A DNA stretch of 64,000 nt from positions 79,042 to 143,041 of the forward strand of contig CAYJQU010000003.1 in NCBI GenBank assembly GCA_964372495.1. The letters run 5' to 3'. This DNA is from an uncultured Gammaproteobacteria bacterium (GTDB lineage Bacteria > Patescibacteriota > Microgenomatia > JAUYPR01). The notes beneath the pieces are model-generated. The model worked only from the letters and a program-made list of their open reading frames with translations. It searched no databases and was not told the DNA's origin. A program made the translations under genes and the position numbers. Below are positions 41,426 to 57,532 of the stretch, in pieces. Numbering within the stretch: position 1 is the first letter of the stretch; every line of letters starts with the position of its first letter.

Positions 41426-42202
41426 ATGCTTGTATATATTCTTATTGCGATTGCCATACTGGCCATCTCTTTTTGGCTATCTCTCCGTTCGCTTTCCAAA
41501 GAGCGTCTGCTTCCTGGCTCAGAAATTTTTACCACCGTTGAAATTCAGGATCCCTTCGTAAGCCATCAGTTTCTTGCAGAACTCGGTTCTGCTCTTGTCA
41601 AAAAACACTCGGCGGCTACGGTGAGTATACTCGTTATGGTACGGGGTGGTTTAACTTCTCTGTATCTTCGGTTTCCCCAGTCTGAGACTGCGGTAGTATT
41701 GGCTCACGCCAGTGTGCGCGCGGCGAAAAGCTTTGTGCAGCTGGTCTCAGTGCGGCAGGCACAGGATGTGGTAGCGCTTGTCCCGAAAGATCCTTTGGCA
41801 CGGTTTTCCTTTGCAGATGATATGAGGGAGTTGGCTGCCACGGTTTACCCTCAAGACTGGCTTGCTGTGATGATGCATCTACGGGCTATTGCGGGAGAGA
41901 AAGCACGACTAGGTGGGTTTGAATCGTCTGTGCTTTTAGCGGTTGGTGGAGAAGGTGGTGAGTCTAAACTTAAAACGGTACGCGATATTCTTGCTCGTCT
42001 CACCGTCGGTAATAAACTCACTATGCATGAAGGTAGCCGGGATGACTTGATCCGCATGTGGGAGGATGCGCGGGTGCCCCTAGTGAACAAAGGTGGCTTT
42101 GTCCTGCGAGCCGCTGACGTTTCTGGGCTTACTCGGTGGGGAAGTCCGGAAAAAGGCGAGCACGTCAAGCTCTGGGGAGAAATTGTCTTACCCAATCGAT
42201 GA
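41426..42202 (+). CDS. hypothetical membrane-anchored protein
   Basis: N-terminal TM (LVYILIAIAILAISFWLSL); 258 aa. Confidence 0.3.
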   Translation: MLVYILIAIAILAISFWLSLRSLSKERLLPGSEIFTTVEIQDPFVSHQFLAELGSALVKKHSAATVSILVMVRGGLTSLYLRFPQSETAVVLAHASVRAAKSFVQLVSVRQAQDVVALVPKDPLARFSFADDMRELAATVYPQDWLAVMMHLRAIAGEKARLGGFESSVLLAVGGEGGESKLKTVRDILARLTVGNKLTMHEGSRDDLIRMWEDARVPLVNKGGFVLRAADVSGLTRWGSPEKGEHVKLWGEIVLPNR

Positions 42203-42212
42203 CGTACATATG

Positions 42213-42917
42213 CTAAAGGAATTCGTCGTGCTCGTGCCGCACGTCTTGTTCTTCTAGGTCATCGACCTCTTGTGTACTCGTGCTTTCATAGGCTGCTGAG
42301 GTTGGGGAATTGGCAAGTGACAGAAATGCAGGCTGCGTGCGGTAGCGACCTACCCTGCGGGTTTCGCGTAAAAAAATGCCGATGTCTTTGAGGCGAATAC
42401 TGTTCACATATGCCTCATAGTGGTTGCCTGCGGCAATGCGTGGCGCCAGTTGTCTAGCAAGTTCGTCAGGAAGTATGCCTAGATAAACACCGTCTTTGGT
42501 TGTTACCACCAGGGAGCGATGCTTGAAGCTCAGCGCAACAGGCAGGCCCACACACATTTTGGAGAGCACGCGGGGAGATCCTGGCCGCAGCAAACGTACG
42601 AGCTTGGTTACCCCTGGTTCTTCGATAAAAAGGCTAGGGTGTATGCTGGCAGTTGCGGATCCAGTAGCCGCAGCAGTTTTCATTTTTTTGAGCGCACGGG
42701 ACGCGATCGGATTATAGCGATCAATTTTCAGTACGCGTCGATAAACTCGTCGTGCCTCGTCGGTGTTGCCGAGCTCATATGACGCGTGGGCAAGGCGATT
42801 GAGGGCATCAATATCTTGGGGGTTACTCTGGGCAATCTCCTCGTTGAGAGTTACCGCCTGCTTCCAATCTCCGCGGAGAGCAGCCTGTATCGCGTGGAGG
42901 GCAAGCGTTTCATTCAT
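42213..42917 (-). CDS. TPR-repeat protein
   Basis: N-terminal TPR-like helices (ALRGDWKQAVTLNEEIAQSNPQDIDALNRLAHASYELGNTDEARRVYRRVLKID). Confidence 0.4.
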   Translation of the reverse strand: MNETLALHAIQAALRGDWKQAVTLNEEIAQSNPQDIDALNRLAHASYELGNTDEARRVYRRVLKIDRYNPIASRALKKMKTAAATGSATASIHPSLFIEEPGVTKLVRLLRPGSPRVLSKMCVGLPVALSFKHRSLVVTTKDGVYLGILPDELARQLAPRIAAGNHYEAYVNSIRLKDIGIFLRETRRVGRYRTQPAFLSLANSPTSAAYESTSTQEVDDLEEQDVRHEHDEFL

Positions 42918-42987
42918 TCTCTACCGACCATTGTAGAGAAATTAGCTTGGTTGTCAATGTGAAGATATTACCTTACAATACCAGGAA

Positions 42988-43749
42988 ATGTCAGGGCATT
43001 CAAAGTGGGCACAAATAAAGCGTCAAAAGGGCACTGCTGATGTCAAGCGTGGCCAGCTGTTTACCAAACTGGGTAACGCCCTCACGGTGGCTACACGGCA
43101 GGGTGGGGGTGACCCTGAGTCAAATATTCGGTTGCGCCTGGCCATAGAGCAGGCGCGTGCTGCCAATATGCCAAAGCAGAATATGCAGCGTGCTATTGAA
43201 CGCGGCCTTGGAAAACTCGCTTCTGACCGACCGCTGGAGGAAGTAACCTACGAAGGTTATGGGCCAGGAGGGATCGGACTTGTTGTACAAGGGGCGACTG
43301 ATAACAAGCAACGTACCGTGGCTGCCGTCAAGAATATACTTGAGCGGCAGGGCGGTTCTCTTGCAACGCCCGGGTCTGTTTCCTGGATGTTTAAACGACA
43401 GGTGGTGCTGAGCATTCGTCCTCGTGGCCTGTCGCTAGAGGAGCTGCAGCTTCGTGCCATCGATGCAGGGGTCGATGACGTGGAGCTTGCAGGAGACGTG
43501 ATTCTCGCATACGTGGCTCCTGAAAGGCTTGAGGAGGTACGCCGTGCGCTAGAGACGGAGCACGCAGTCGTCGAGTCAACTGAATTAACCCTTCGGCCGA
43601 GCACCACCGTTCCCGTTGTAGACAAGGAGCGTGCTGCCCGCATTCTGGGTTTGACAGAACGGTTGGAGGATGAGGAGGACGTGCTTGCAGTTTTTTCAAA
43701 TTTCGACATACCGGAGGATATACTCATGCAAGTTGCAAGCGGAAGTTAA
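42988..43749 (+). CDS. yebC: YebC/PmpR-family DNA-binding regulator
   Basis: MSGHSKWAQIKRQKGTADVKRGQLFTKL signature N-terminus. Confidence 0.85.
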   Translation: MSGHSKWAQIKRQKGTADVKRGQLFTKLGNALTVATRQGGGDPESNIRLRLAIEQARAANMPKQNMQRAIERGLGKLASDRPLEEVTYEGYGPGGIGLVVQGATDNKQRTVAAVKNILERQGGSLATPGSVSWMFKRQVVLSIRPRGLSLEELQLRAIDAGVDDVELAGDVILAYVAPERLEEVRRALETEHAVVESTELTLRPSTTVPVVDKERAARILGLTERLEDEEDVLAVFSNFDIPEDILMQVASGS

Positions 43750-44270
43750 TGAGCATAAATACTGGACGCCTGCGAATTTTGGGGATTGATCCTGGTACTG
43801 GGAGAACTGGCTGGGGAGTGATCGACGTACCCCTGCCTACTGTTGCTCAAAAGATTACTGCAGTAGGGTATGGATGTTTTGCAACTCCGAAGGAGTCCCC
43901 GATGGGGGATCGCCTCGTGTTGCTACAGGATTTACTCATCGGTGTTGTCAACCGTTTTAAGCCCGATCATATTGTGGTTGAGCAACTCTTTTTTGGCGCA
44001 AATTCCCTCACGGCGATGAGTGTCGGGCAAGCAAGGGGTGTAGTGCTGCTGACCGCTGCACGACATAAGCTTACCTTTTTTGAGTATCAGGGTCTCTCTG
44101 TCAAGCGGGAGTTGACGGGCAATGGCCGTGCAGACAAGCGGCAAGTGCAGGAGAAAATGCGTGATTTCCTAGTGTTATCGGAGTTACCCAGACCTGATGA
44201 TGCTGCCGACGCACTGGCAGTTGCAGTGTGTCATGCGATAAAAAAGGGCCTACTTTCAAAACAGGTTTGA
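43749..44270 (+). CDS. ruvC: crossover junction endodeoxyribonuclease RuvC
   Basis: ILGIDPGTGRTGWGVI (catalytic Asp) ...DAADALAVAVCH; 173 aa; directly follows yebC as in many genomes. Confidence 0.85.
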   Translation: MSINTGRLRILGIDPGTGRTGWGVIDVPLPTVAQKITAVGYGCFATPKESPMGDRLVLLQDLLIGVVNRFKPDHIVVEQLFFGANSLTAMSVGQARGVVLLTAARHKLTFFEYQGLSVKRELTGNGRADKRQVQEKMRDFLVLSELPRPDDAADALAVAVCHAIKKGLLSKQV

Positions 44271-44273
44271 GCT

Positions 44274-45053
44274 ATGGGATGGTCAATAAGTAAGCGAGAA
44301 AAGTTCGTTTTGGCCAGTGTGGTCGTAACTACCATGTTCCTACTCGAACAGCTCATCGGTCCTGGAGAACGAGTCAATCACTGGTACATTCTTTCCCTTG
44401 TGTCAGTTGCGGCAGTTGTGTGGTCACTGTGGGGCAATTGGGAGGGGATTAAAATGCTTCCTCTGCTGGTGCTCCCGTTGGCGTTCCCTCTGGGGATGCT
44501 TTTTATTTCAACGCTGCTTACCAATAATTGGCTTACCGCAGTACACGTTGCCATCTTCGGAATCAGTTATTATATCTTGCTCCTTATAGAGAATATTTAT
44601 GCTGTCTCCGCGATTCGGACAATCCCGCTGATTCGCGCTGCACATACGATCGGTTTCTTATTCACCCTGGTGACGATATGGCTTATACTGCACACGATTA
44701 GCTCGTTTCACTTATCGGTATGGCTGAATGGGGGACTGGCATTTCTGGTGGCGTTTCCCTTGAGTATGCAGTCCCTCTGGGCGGTGAAGTTGGAGGAGAG
44801 TATATCAGATGCTATTCTGATTCGTGCGTTTGTCTGCTCGGTAATCATAGGGGAGATCGCTTGGACGCTTTCATTCTGGCCAGCTGCTTCTGGCATGAAG
44901 GCGTTGGTGTTGACTACCGCGATGTATACGCTTCTGGGAGTATTCCATCACGAGATTCAAGATAAGTGGAGGACACGCTACGCGACCGAGTATGTACTCC
45001 TAGCATCCGCAGTGCTTGCCCTATTTTTGTTCACAACGAGTTGGCGAGGGTAG
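44274..45053 (+). CDS. hypothetical polytopic membrane protein
   Basis: about 7 hydrophobic segments; no motifs recognised. Confidence 0.35.
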   Translation: MGWSISKREKFVLASVVVTTMFLLEQLIGPGERVNHWYILSLVSVAAVVWSLWGNWEGIKMLPLLVLPLAFPLGMLFISTLLTNNWLTAVHVAIFGISYYILLLIENIYAVSAIRTIPLIRAAHTIGFLFTLVTIWLILHTISSFHLSVWLNGGLAFLVAFPLSMQSLWAVKLEESISDAILIRAFVCSVIIGEIAWTLSFWPAASGMKALVLTTAMYTLLGVFHHEIQDKWRTRYATEYVLLASAVLALFLFTTSWRG

Positions 45054-45542
45054 GGAAGCCTCAAATAACCCGAATATTGTGAAAATTCGTGAAAAGTGAT
45101 ATGGTTTGATCACATAGCTATAGGACTAAAGGCTCGCTATGTGGATATCTTTGGTGCGAACGTTTTGATGCATCCGATGCAACCGTACTGTCGCAGACTT
45201 CTATATTCCATACTCTCGAGTAAAACGGCAGCTCACTTCTTTACTGGATGTTCTCCCTAATATAGACAAAAAGTGCCCCACAACCTATGATGTCGCACAA
45301 TATATTTTGTAATGCGCCGAGGGAAGCGACGTCGCCAAAGCTATTGTGCGTTTATGTTTTACGAAAACAAGCCCAGACGACGCAGCGAACGCTGTTATTC
45401 CTTAGTGACTTTGGTGTCTGAGCGTCCATATCATGTGCTATATACTGGTGAATTTAGAAAAGGTTGCTACAGTGCTATAATGCTCTTATTTCCCTAATTT
45501 TTACCACAAGTCACCTCCCCTGCTTCACAAAAGTGCCGCGTG

Positions 45543-45572
45543 TTGACAGAGAATCGACTAATGCTCTAGAAT
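45543..45572 (+). promoter_or_regulatory. sigma70-like promoter (TTGACA-18 bp-TAGAAT) upstream of the recombinase gene
   Basis: consensus -35 at 45543-45548 and -10 at 45567-45572, about 36 bp before the ATG at 45609. Confidence 0.4.
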
Positions 45573-45608
45573 ATTCTTCGTAAATGATACATTTAACGAC
45601 ATAATATA

Positions 45609-47287
<1,679 letters not shown>

Positions 47288-47331
47288 TTAGTATAGACAG
47301 TCACCTTCGCCTTTGCAAGCATCACGATCCT

Positions 47332-47847
47332 TTGTTAGGATGTGCAGGAGGCCAAAGTCGTATGAGGATTGACGAAAAGATTTGTACGCTAGACACCCTG
47401 CCTACAAAACGGTGGAAAGATGGAGGAGGAGTGCTAGTTACCGGCGTATTTGATATTCTACATCCTGGCCATTTGATTTTTCTTGAGAAGGCGAAAGCTG
47501 CCGGTAGCATGCTCGTGGTAGGAGTAGAATCAGATAAAAAGGTGCAAGAGATGAAAGGAAGTGAGCGGCCGCTGCATTTGCAGGAGGAGCGCGTATTTCT
47601 GGTTGCTGCTCTTGGGCCGGTGGACTACGCCTTTCCCCTCCCCTACATCCCTCAGGATGAGTACGAAGACGTGTGTAGGGTCACCTCCTGTCAGATCTTG
47701 GCAGTGACGAAAGGAGACCCATTCCTTGCCCGGAAGCAAGCGGTTATGAAGAACGTCGGCGGCTCGGTCGCGCAGGTATCGCAGCGCGTGCCACTACACT
47801 CTACAACGCGGATTCTCAGGGGCCTTTATGCTCAAAACAACAGTTGA
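47332..47847 (+). CDS. cytidylyltransferase-like nucleotidyltransferase (RfaE domain II / FAD synthetase N-terminal-like)
   Basis: GVFDILHPGH (HxGH) motif; about 165 aa; alternative start at MRIDEK (47362). Confidence 0.5.
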   Translation: MLGCAGGQSRMRIDEKICTLDTLPTKRWKDGGGVLVTGVFDILHPGHLIFLEKAKAAGSMLVVGVESDKKVQEMKGSERPLHLQEERVFLVAALGPVDYAFPLPYIPQDEYEDVCRVTSCQILAVTKGDPFLARKQAVMKNVGGSVAQVSQRVPLHSTTRILRGLYAQNNS

Positions 47848-48679
47848 CCGATTTCTTACCCATCTACGTAGGACAAAAAGTTCCCCGCTCACCGTTGCGA
47901 ACTACCAACGCTATCTTGCTCGATTTGTGAACTTTGCCGATGACAGTTCTCTTGACGCAATTACTCCCGAGTTACTTTCTGCATACAGCGAACACCTTGC
48001 CGGTGAGTCTCTCAAAAAGGTGAGTATTAACTATCACAAGATAGCATTGCGCAGATTCCTGAAATATCTTGGAGAAAGCGGACTTTCTGGGATTGACTGG
48101 CGCAGCATTGCGCTGGCAAAGCAGGCTTATCGTCCACCCACCCCTTTGGAGATTTTGGATGTTGACAAGCTGTTAAAACTGCCTGACGTGCGAAAAACGT
48201 CTGGACTGCGCGACCGTGCCATACTCGAGCTGCTGTATTCCACAGGAGTTCTAGTGTCGGAACTGATACGACTCGACCGTGGCGATGTAAAAGTCAAGCG
48301 ACTCGCACTGAGAATCATTGGAAAGCACGGCGGTGAAAGGCAGATTGAGTTGTCCGACCGCGCTGCATATTGGCTTGAGCAGTATCTGCGGACGCGAGAT
48401 GATGTGTTCCAGCCGCTGTTTATTCGCTATCAGGGCATCATGGACCTGACTGATGAGGGAGCATATATGCGACTTACCAGTCGTTCAGTTGAGCGGATCG
48501 TGGCCAAGTATGCCCGGCAGGCGGGGCTCGCTTCCCGAGTTACTCCTCACGTACTGCGGCATACGCGGGCGAAAGCACTGTTGGCAGCGGGAGCAAATTG
48601 GGAAAGGGTGCGCCAGGCGCTTGATCACAGAAGCGTTGTCACGACGAGGTTGTTATATGAGGAAACCAAGAAAACTTGA
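47828..48679 (+). CDS. divergent tyrosine recombinase/integrase (Xer-like)
   Basis: LRDRAILELLYSTG; HVLRHTRAKALLAAGANWERVRQALDHRSVVTT..LLY catalytic region; 283 aa. Confidence 0.6.
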   Translation: MLKTTVDRFLTHLRRTKSSPLTVANYQRYLARFVNFADDSSLDAITPELLSAYSEHLAGESLKKVSINYHKIALRRFLKYLGESGLSGIDWRSIALAKQAYRPPTPLEILDVDKLLKLPDVRKTSGLRDRAILELLYSTGVLVSELIRLDRGDVKVKRLALRIIGKHGGERQIELSDRAAYWLEQYLRTRDDVFQPLFIRYQGIMDLTDEGAYMRLTSRSVERIVAKYARQAGLASRVTPHVLRHTRAKALLAAGANWERVRQALDHRSVVTTRLLYEETKKT

Positions 48680-48703
48680 CAGGGATCATTTTAGGGTGAT
48701 AGC

Positions 48704-49426
48704 GTGGGATACATAAGTATACGTTCGCAGCGACTCCGAGGATTTACCCTTATTGAGTTACTTGTTGCGGTTGGAATTATTGCTATATTGAGCGTAGTAG
48801 CAGTCGCCTTTTTTGGTAGTGCTTCTACCAAAGCCCGCGATGCAAAACGACGCTCAGATGTGGATGCGATCGCTAAAGCGTATGAGCTGGTTTATGATGG
48901 TAATGAGTATCGTGCGTTGGCCGCGCCCGACTTCACTACTGTAGGCGGTGTTCCAAAAGATCCAAAAACTAGCGCCGAGTATGGTGGTGCTTCGCGCGGA
49001 CTTGCGGCCGACAGGAAAAGCTTTCGCGTATGCGCTGATTTAGAAACTGTGCCGGGGGCTGATGATTACTGCAAGGCTTCCTCTTTAAGCAGCGTGGCAG
49101 TTGTGCCTCCGTGTCAGCAATTTAATAACACCAACGAGCAGAGCTGCTTAGTATGGGTAAGAAGCGGTACTGCGCCTTCTGGTTCAACCAAATACATAAA
49201 GTGCGCAGATATTGTCACTGCGTATACTGCGTATGGCGGCGGCGTAGTTGATTGCAATCGCGCTCCCGGAATTTGTCAATATAATCCGTATGGTCCGTCT
49301 ACCGGTGGCGTTAACTACTATGATGATGCTACTTCAGTAAGTCTTGCGGGCCAGTTTGCTTTTTTGACCCAGGAATGTGCAGCGTATTCGTATTATTCAC
49401 GAATCACGGTTAGAATTCGCGAGTAG
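48704..49426 (+). CDS. type IV pilin-like protein (prepilin N-terminal methylation motif), Cys-rich
   Basis: RGFTLIELLVAVGIIAILSVVA prepilin motif; many Cys; C-terminal CADLE-like D-region; 240 aa. Confidence 0.7.
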   Translation: MGYISIRSQRLRGFTLIELLVAVGIIAILSVVAVAFFGSASTKARDAKRRSDVDAIAKAYELVYDGNEYRALAAPDFTTVGGVPKDPKTSAEYGGASRGLAADRKSFRVCADLETVPGADDYCKASSLSSVAVVPPCQQFNNTNEQSCLVWVRSGTAPSGSTKYIKCADIVTAYTAYGGGVVDCNRAPGICQYNPYGPSTGGVNYYDDATSVSLAGQFAFLTQECAAYSYYSRITVRIRE

Positions 49427-50240
49427 TGGCCCCAGTGACATTGAGGAGGAGCGATGCTACTGTTACCGGCCCGACTCCCCCGGGGACTGGGGTATAAAAA
49501 GAGGCAATTTCACAAACTGCTGGGTCCACATCCCCGCTTAGCTCCTGTCCTTGCTTTGTAATCCCGATATTAAGTACTATGGCTCCAGGACTTACCATCT
49601 CTTTCGTAATGAGACCTACCTGTCCTGCAGCAACGACTAGAATGTCAGCCATACGCGTGTAAGAGGAAAGATTGACCGTTTTGCTATGCGCGATGGTGAC
49701 GGTGGCGTTTTTCCTGAGGAGCACATTGGCAATGGGGAGACCCACCAACCTACTCCTCCCCACCACGACCGCATATTTTCCTTCGGTTTGAATGCGCTCG
49801 TGTTCGAGGATAAGCTCTATTGCTCGCGCTGTTGCGGGGGTAAAGGGCGAGCCGGGTGTTATACCGTCCACATCCTTTTTCGGGTCAAGCCACTCCCCTA
49901 TCTTCCCACTTGTCAAGTGGGAAGGAAGCGGCAGCTGCACGATGATGCCGGTTACTGAGTGATCCTGGTTAAGTTCCTCGATGGTCTGGTGCAATATAGA
50001 CTCTGGTGTACTTTCTGGTAGGTGCCGAAACTCGATGTCGATACCAACTTCCTGGGCAGCTTCCCGTTTGCGTGCTATATAGAGTAAGCTGGCCGGATTC
50101 TCGCCTACGAGGACAATGCCTAGTTTGGGAGCCTTCTTGGCTTTAGCAACGTCCTCTTTCAGTCCAGCAAGGAGGTGGGCCGCAAGCCTTTTGCCGTCAA
50201 AGATTTTGGGTGCCACTAACAAGCGTCTCGTCCTTTCCAA
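49410..50240 (-). CDS. folD: bifunctional methylenetetrahydrofolate dehydrogenase/cyclohydrolase
   Basis: [22 protein letters not shown]..., [25 protein letters not shown] motifs; 276 aa. Confidence 0.85.
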   Translation of the reverse strand: MERTRRLLVAPKIFDGKRLAAHLLAGLKEDVAKAKKAPKLGIVLVGENPASLLYIARKREAAQEVGIDIEFRHLPESTPESILHQTIEELNQDHSVTGIIVQLPLPSHLTSGKIGEWLDPKKDVDGITPGSPFTPATARAIELILEHERIQTEGKYAVVVGRSRLVGLPIANVLLRKNATVTIAHSKTVNLSSYTRMADILVVAAGQVGLITKEMVSPGAIVLNIGITKQGQELSGDVDPAVCEIASFYTPVPGGVGPVTVASLLLNVTGATTREF

Positions 50241-52694
50241 AGCAGGTAGCTGAAGCGACGCGGTCGGTTGCTGGAAGTCGCATGAGGATGACGCCCTGCG
50301 TTTGGCGTCTGAGTCTCGGCACTGCTTTGAGCGGTAGCTTAATAACTTGTCCTTTGATAGAAGTCAGAATAAGCTGTTCGTCCGAGGAGCCAATGAGCTT
50401 TGCGCTCACGATTTCCCCTGTCTTTCTGGTTACTTGGGCAGCTTTGACGCCTTGGCCTCCCCTCCCCTGCTGCGTCCAGCTAGATACCTTCGTACGTTTG
50501 CCAAGCCCTCGTTCCATGACCACCAAGAGATCAGCATCGTCAGTATCAAATATCTCCATCCCGATAACCTCATCGTTACCAGACAGTTTTATCCCTCGTA
50601 CGCCGATCGTATCCCGCGCGGTTGCACGCACATCTTTTTCCGAGAACCGAATCGATTGTCCTTTGCGGGTAACCAAGATGAGATCGCTTGACCCGGTAGT
50701 GAGGCGAGCCCAGCGTAGCTCATCATCTTTCTCAAGCTTGATGGCAAGCATGCCGCTGCGCCGTATCGTTGCGTATTGGGACAAGTGGGTCTTCTTGACG
50801 GTGCCCCGCTTCGTCACCATTACCGCGTGTGTTTTATCACTTGCCTTTGGTACCACCAGAAGAGAGGTTACTTTTTCTCCTTGATCAATGGCGATAAGAT
50901 TGATGACTGCTTGTCCTTTGGCAGTGCGGCTTCCTTCGGCGATCTCGTACGCCTTGATTTGGAATACACGGCCGTGATCGGTAAAGAAGAGGATATTATC
51001 GTGAGTGGCAGCGGAGAGAATATGGAGCACCCCATCTTCCTCTTTTGTTGTCATGCCGGTAACTCCCTTGCCACCGCGATGTTGAGTGCGGAAACTGTCT
51101 AACCCCTGGCGTTTGATATACCCGCTGCGAGTGAAGGCAATAATAGTAGGTTCGTTCGGAACGAGATCTTCCTCGGAGAACTCGCCTACTTTGCCTTTGA
51201 TAACACGCGTGCGCCGCTCGTCCCCATAGGTTTCCTTGAGCGTTTTAAGCTCCTTCTCAATCACGGCAAAAATCTTGTCAGGGTGCGCCAATAAATCTTC
51301 TAGATGCACGATCGTTTTCATTACTGCGGCGTACTCGTCTTCAATTTTTTGTCGCTCAAGCGCTGCCAGGCGCCGAAGCTGCATGTCCAGGATGGCTGTG
51401 GCCTGAATCTCGCTTAACGTAAACTTCACCATAAGGTTCTTTCGGGCGGTGTCAGCGTCACGACTACGGCGTATGGTTTCAATGACCGCATCGAGGCTAT
51501 CTAGCGCGATGGTGAGCCCTTCTAGGATATGTGCGCGGGCTTGTGCTTGGGCAAGTTCGTACTGGCTACGCTTAGTGATAACGACATGGCGATGCTGAAT
51601 GAATGTTTCCAGCAAGAGCTTTAGGGTCGTAAGCTGGGGGGTGCCGGCGATAAGCGCTACCATGTTGGCGTTAAACACCGATTGCATCGCAGTGTGCCGA
51701 TAGAGGTTATTCTGCACTGCCTGCGGATTTGCATCGCGCTTGAGCTCCACTACGATGCGCATCCCACGCCTATCGGATTCGTCTCGCAGATCTGAAACGC
51801 CCTCAATCTTTTTTTCGCGGACTAAATCTGCAATGCGTGCCACAAGGAGCGCCTTATTTACTTGATACGGAAGCTCGGTGACTATTATTGCAGCTTTGCC
51901 TGTGCGGGTTTCCTCTACCTCGGTTTTTGCACGCATGAGGATGCGTCCACGGCCAGTGGCGTAGGAGTTGGTTATTTCTACCTGGTCATAGATAACGCCA
52001 CCTGTCGGGAAGTCAGGGCCTTTGATGACCTTTATGAGCTCCTCAGTGGTTGTTGTTGAAGCAAAAGTGGGCTGGTTGGGCACGCGGTGCTCCATAAGGA
52101 GCAGTAACCCATCCACTATCTCACCAAGGTTGTGCGGGGGGATGTTGGTGGCCATACCCACTGCAATCCCTGAAGCGCCGTTTAAGAGCAGGTTCGGCAG
52201 CATCGTGGGCAGTACCTGCGGCTCAGTGAGCGAATCGTCAAAATTGGGTGTAAACTTAACCGTTTGCTTGTCTATATCAGCCAGCAATTCCTGGGCGATG
52301 GGAGCAAGGCGCACCTCGGTGTAGCGCATTGCTGCCGCAGCGTCCCCGTCGACCGAACCAAAATTTCCCTGTCCGTCGATGTGGGGATATCGCAGGGAGA
52401 ACTCTTGCGCCATGCGTACGAGCGCCTCGTATACCGACATGTCGCCATGCGGGTGGTATTTTCCCAGTACCTCCCCCACTACTTTGGCAGATTTGCTGTA
52501 CCGTGCGTGTGATGTAAGTCCCATCTGGTGCATCGCGTAAATAATCCGCCGCTGCACTGGCTTTAGGCCGTCTCGGGCATCGGGGAGCGCACGCGAGACA
52601 ATGACGCTCATCGCGTAATCCAGGTAACTTTTTTGCATTTCCTCAACGATACTTACTGGAAGAACCGTGCCGATAGATTCCGTTTCTGCCATGC

Positions 52695-52698
<4 letters not shown>
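50197..52698 (-). CDS. gyrA: DNA gyrase subunit A
   Basis: [21 protein letters not shown]...GLKPVQRRI; active-site region YHPHGD; C-terminal beta-pinwheel repeats; 833 aa. Confidence 0.95.
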
Positions 52699-55830
<3,132 letters not shown>

Positions 55831-55832
<2 letters not shown>

Positions 55833-57528
55833 GAAAGTCGAATCAAGCAAAGGTATAGAAGATGCTCTCTTTAAAGAGAAGCTGCTCACTCCCGAGCAGT
55901 TGTCAAGTCTGAAACTCGAGAGTGCAAACACCGGTAAATCGGTTGATGAACTACTGTTAACCCACAAATACGTAACCGAGGATCAACTTATCCAGGCCCG
56001 CGCTTCGCTACTAGATATACCCTCTGTCAAACTGGTGGGCAAGGCAATCCCGATTGATGTGCTTAACTTAGTTCCTGAGCCGGTGGCAAGACGGTACACC
56101 TTGATCCCGTTTGAACGGTCGGGAGACACGCTGTCGGTTGCGATGGCCGACCCACTTGATTTGCAAGTTATCGAATTTGTTGAACGCAAAACAAAGCTTG
56201 AGGTAAAACCAGTACTTGCCGCGGGCAGTGATATCCAAAAAGCCATAGATGAACAGTATGCCCAAAGCCTGTCGACCGATGTGTCAGCAGCGCTAAAGGA
56301 AACCACATCAGCTAAAGAGAAAGAGCTTCCTGCTGAAAATGTTGGCGAGGTTATTCGTGAGGCACCAGTTGCCAAGATTGTCAGTACGCTGCTTGAGTTT
56401 GGCATCAAGACAAAGGCGTCCGATATTCACATTGAGCCGCAGGAGGATAAAACGAGAATTCGGTATCGAATCGACGGTATTTTGCACGAGAAGTTGGTAT
56501 TGCCAAAGAAAGTGCATGACGCGGTTGTGTCGCGCATCAAGATACTCGCTCAGCTCAAGATTGATGAGAAGCGACTTCCGCAGGATGGACGCTTTAACTT
56601 CAAGATGGGAGGCGAGGACATCGATTTGCGTATCTCTACGCTGCCTACTGTGGAAGGCGAAAAGATCGTGATGCGACTGCTGAAAAAAACAGGAGCCGCA
56701 CCGCAGCTACCTGAGCTGGGGTTGCGCGGCAGTGCTCTCAAAAATCTTGAGGCGAATATCCTACGTCCCCACGGGATCGTACTGATCACTGGTCCGACCG
56801 GCTCAGGAAAGACCACTACCCTGTATGCTATTTTAAGCAAAATCAATTCACCGAAAGTAAATATCATTACGCTTGAGGATCCGGTGGAATATCAAATCCC
56901 CGGCGTAAATCAGGTACAGATTAACCCGCAGGCAGGCCTGACTTTTGCATCTGGGCTGCGGTCGTTTTTGCGCCAAGATCCCAACATCATTATGGTCGGC
57001 GAGATTCGTGATACCGAAACCGCCGCGCTTGCGATACAGGCCTCGCTCACTGGACACCTGGTGTTTTCTACGCTGCACACCAATGATGCTTCCGGGGCAC
57101 TCCCGCGGCTTCTTGAAATGAAAGCGGAGCCATTCCTCCTTGCATCCACGATGAACTGCGTGGTGGCCCAGCGGGTGGTGCGTAAGATTTGCGATTACTG
57201 TAAAGAGGTGGTCTTGGCGCCAGCGGAACTTTCGCAAGCGATTAAAGCGGTGCTTGGTAAGCTCCTACCCGACAAAGAAATGCAACTCTATCGGGGCAAG
57301 GGATGTCCACACTGCGGTGATAGCGGATATACGGGGCGCATTGGTATCTTTGAGGTGCTGCCTGTGACCGAAAAAATTGGGAGGCATATACTTGAACGAG
57401 CACCCTCAGGCGAGATCGCCAAAGCTGCCACCGAGGAAGGCATGATTACGCTCAAGCAGGATGGTTTCTTGAAAGCACTCGCGGGCATCACGTCAATAGA
57501 GGAAATACTGCGCGTGGCAGAGGAATAA
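55831..57528 (+). CDS. pilB: type IV pilus assembly ATPase PilB (GspE family)
   Basis: N-terminal GSPII domain; Walker A GPTGSGKTTTLYA; Asp box; His box; C-terminal CxxC...CxxC (CDYC...CPHC) zinc motif. Confidence 0.85.
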
Positions 57529-57532
57529 TAAG

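Noticed and set aside
45054-45608. tmRNA, RNase P RNA or SRP RNA in the long intergenic gap
   Set aside because: None of the hallmark conserved blocks (RNase P GGAAAGUCCGGGCUCC-like, SRP GGUGCUGUUU/helix 8 GGAA motif, tmRNA 3' tRNA-like end) could be found by eye
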